A stretch of 47,857 nucleotides of DNA. Source: Chiloscyllium plagiosum. Its lineage: Eukaryota. Made by a program: the position numbers and the translations under genes. The number at the start of each line of letters is the position of its first letter. Within the stretch, counting starts at the first letter, position 1. The DNA lies in contig NC_057752.1 in the NCBI RefSeq assembly GCF_004010195.1, forward strand, positions 15,306,371 to 15,354,227, written 5' to 3'. The notes below the pieces were generated by a model. That model did not search any database. It saw only the letters and a program-made list of their open reading frames with translations, and had not been told where the DNA came from. This document shows, in pieces, positions 47,224 through 47,857 of this stretch.

Positions 47224-47857
47224 AAGGTTCCAGGATTTAAATGTTTTAGTAGGGTCAGAGGTGGGGGTAAAAGAGGGGGAGGTGTGGCATTGCTTGTCAA
47301 AGATAGTATCACAGTGGTGGAAAGGACGATGGATAAGGACTTGCCATCTGAGGTAGTTTGGGCTGAGGTTAGGAATAGGAAAGGTGAGGTCACCCTGTTA
47401 GGAGTCTTTTACAGGCCTCCCAATAGTCCTAGAAACGTAGAAGAAAGGATAGGGAAGGTGATTCAGGAGATGAGTGACAGTAACAGGGTGGTTGTTATGG
47501 GGGACTTTAACTTTACTGATATTGATTGGGAAAGCTATAGCTCAAGTTCGTTAGATGGGTCAGTGTTTGTTCAATGTGTGCAGGAGAGTTTCCTGACACA
47601 ATATGTAGACAGGCCAACAAGAGGTGAGGCCATACTGGATTTGGTTCTGGGTAACGAACCAGGCCAGGTGTTAGAATTAGAGGTAGGTGAGCACTTTGGG
47701 GATAGTGACCATAATACGGTGATTTTTACTCTCGTGATGGAGAGGGATAAATGTGTACTACAGGGCAAGAGTTATAGCTGGGGTCAGGAAAATTATGATG
47801 CGGTGAGGCATGACTTAGGATGCGTGGCTTGGAAAAGTAGGCTTCAAGGCAAGGGCG
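47224..47857 (+). mobile_element. CR1 LINE ORF2 APE endonuclease region, open frame running off the window end
   Basis: 211 codons without a stop: KVPGFKCFSR..RGGGVALLVK..GVFYRPPNS..VVMGDFNFTDIDW..LDLVLGNEPG..FGDSDHNTV. Closely related to 1-750. Confidence 0.95.

Noticed and set aside
1..47857. Related CR1 copies in opposite orientation at the two window ends acting as giant terminal inverted repeats
   Set aside because: They are diverged copies of an abundant LINE family with different boundaries; their position at the window edges is coincidental.

Overview
Eukaryotic, repeat-dominated DNA. The repeat repertoire (HE1-type V-SINEs, CR1 LINEs, Deu-domain SINEs, Penelope fragments) points to a shark or other cartilaginous fish; this is an inference from recognising repeat families. 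I found no host protein-coding gene, tRNA/rRNA gene or CRISPR array, and almost all listed ORFs are spurious or transposon-derived. Bases 1-15125 are a nested retrotransposon graveyard (CR1 LINEs, a second CR1/L2-group LINE, a Gypsy relic with PPT and LTR, SINEs, an L1-type polyA insertion, Penelope-like pieces) with a few kb of unique DNA. After a 500-N gap come three abutting satellites: an AT-rich ~27-bp TGAA-based array (15626-29280), a 33-bp array that looks derived from a Deu-SINE segment (29281-30285) and a 28-bp array (30286-47220). The two large arrays show repeated strand inversions and kb-scale higher-order repeats. The most interesting signal is a set of minimal type I hammerhead ribozyme motifs (CTGAnGA-A-hairpin-GAAA-palindromic helix III) in at least three Penelope-derived families. 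Several sit in short TSD-flanked inverted mini-elements whose sense arm starts right at the 5' edge of the ribozyme. All calls are from reading the sequence by eye; no alignments or database searches were run.
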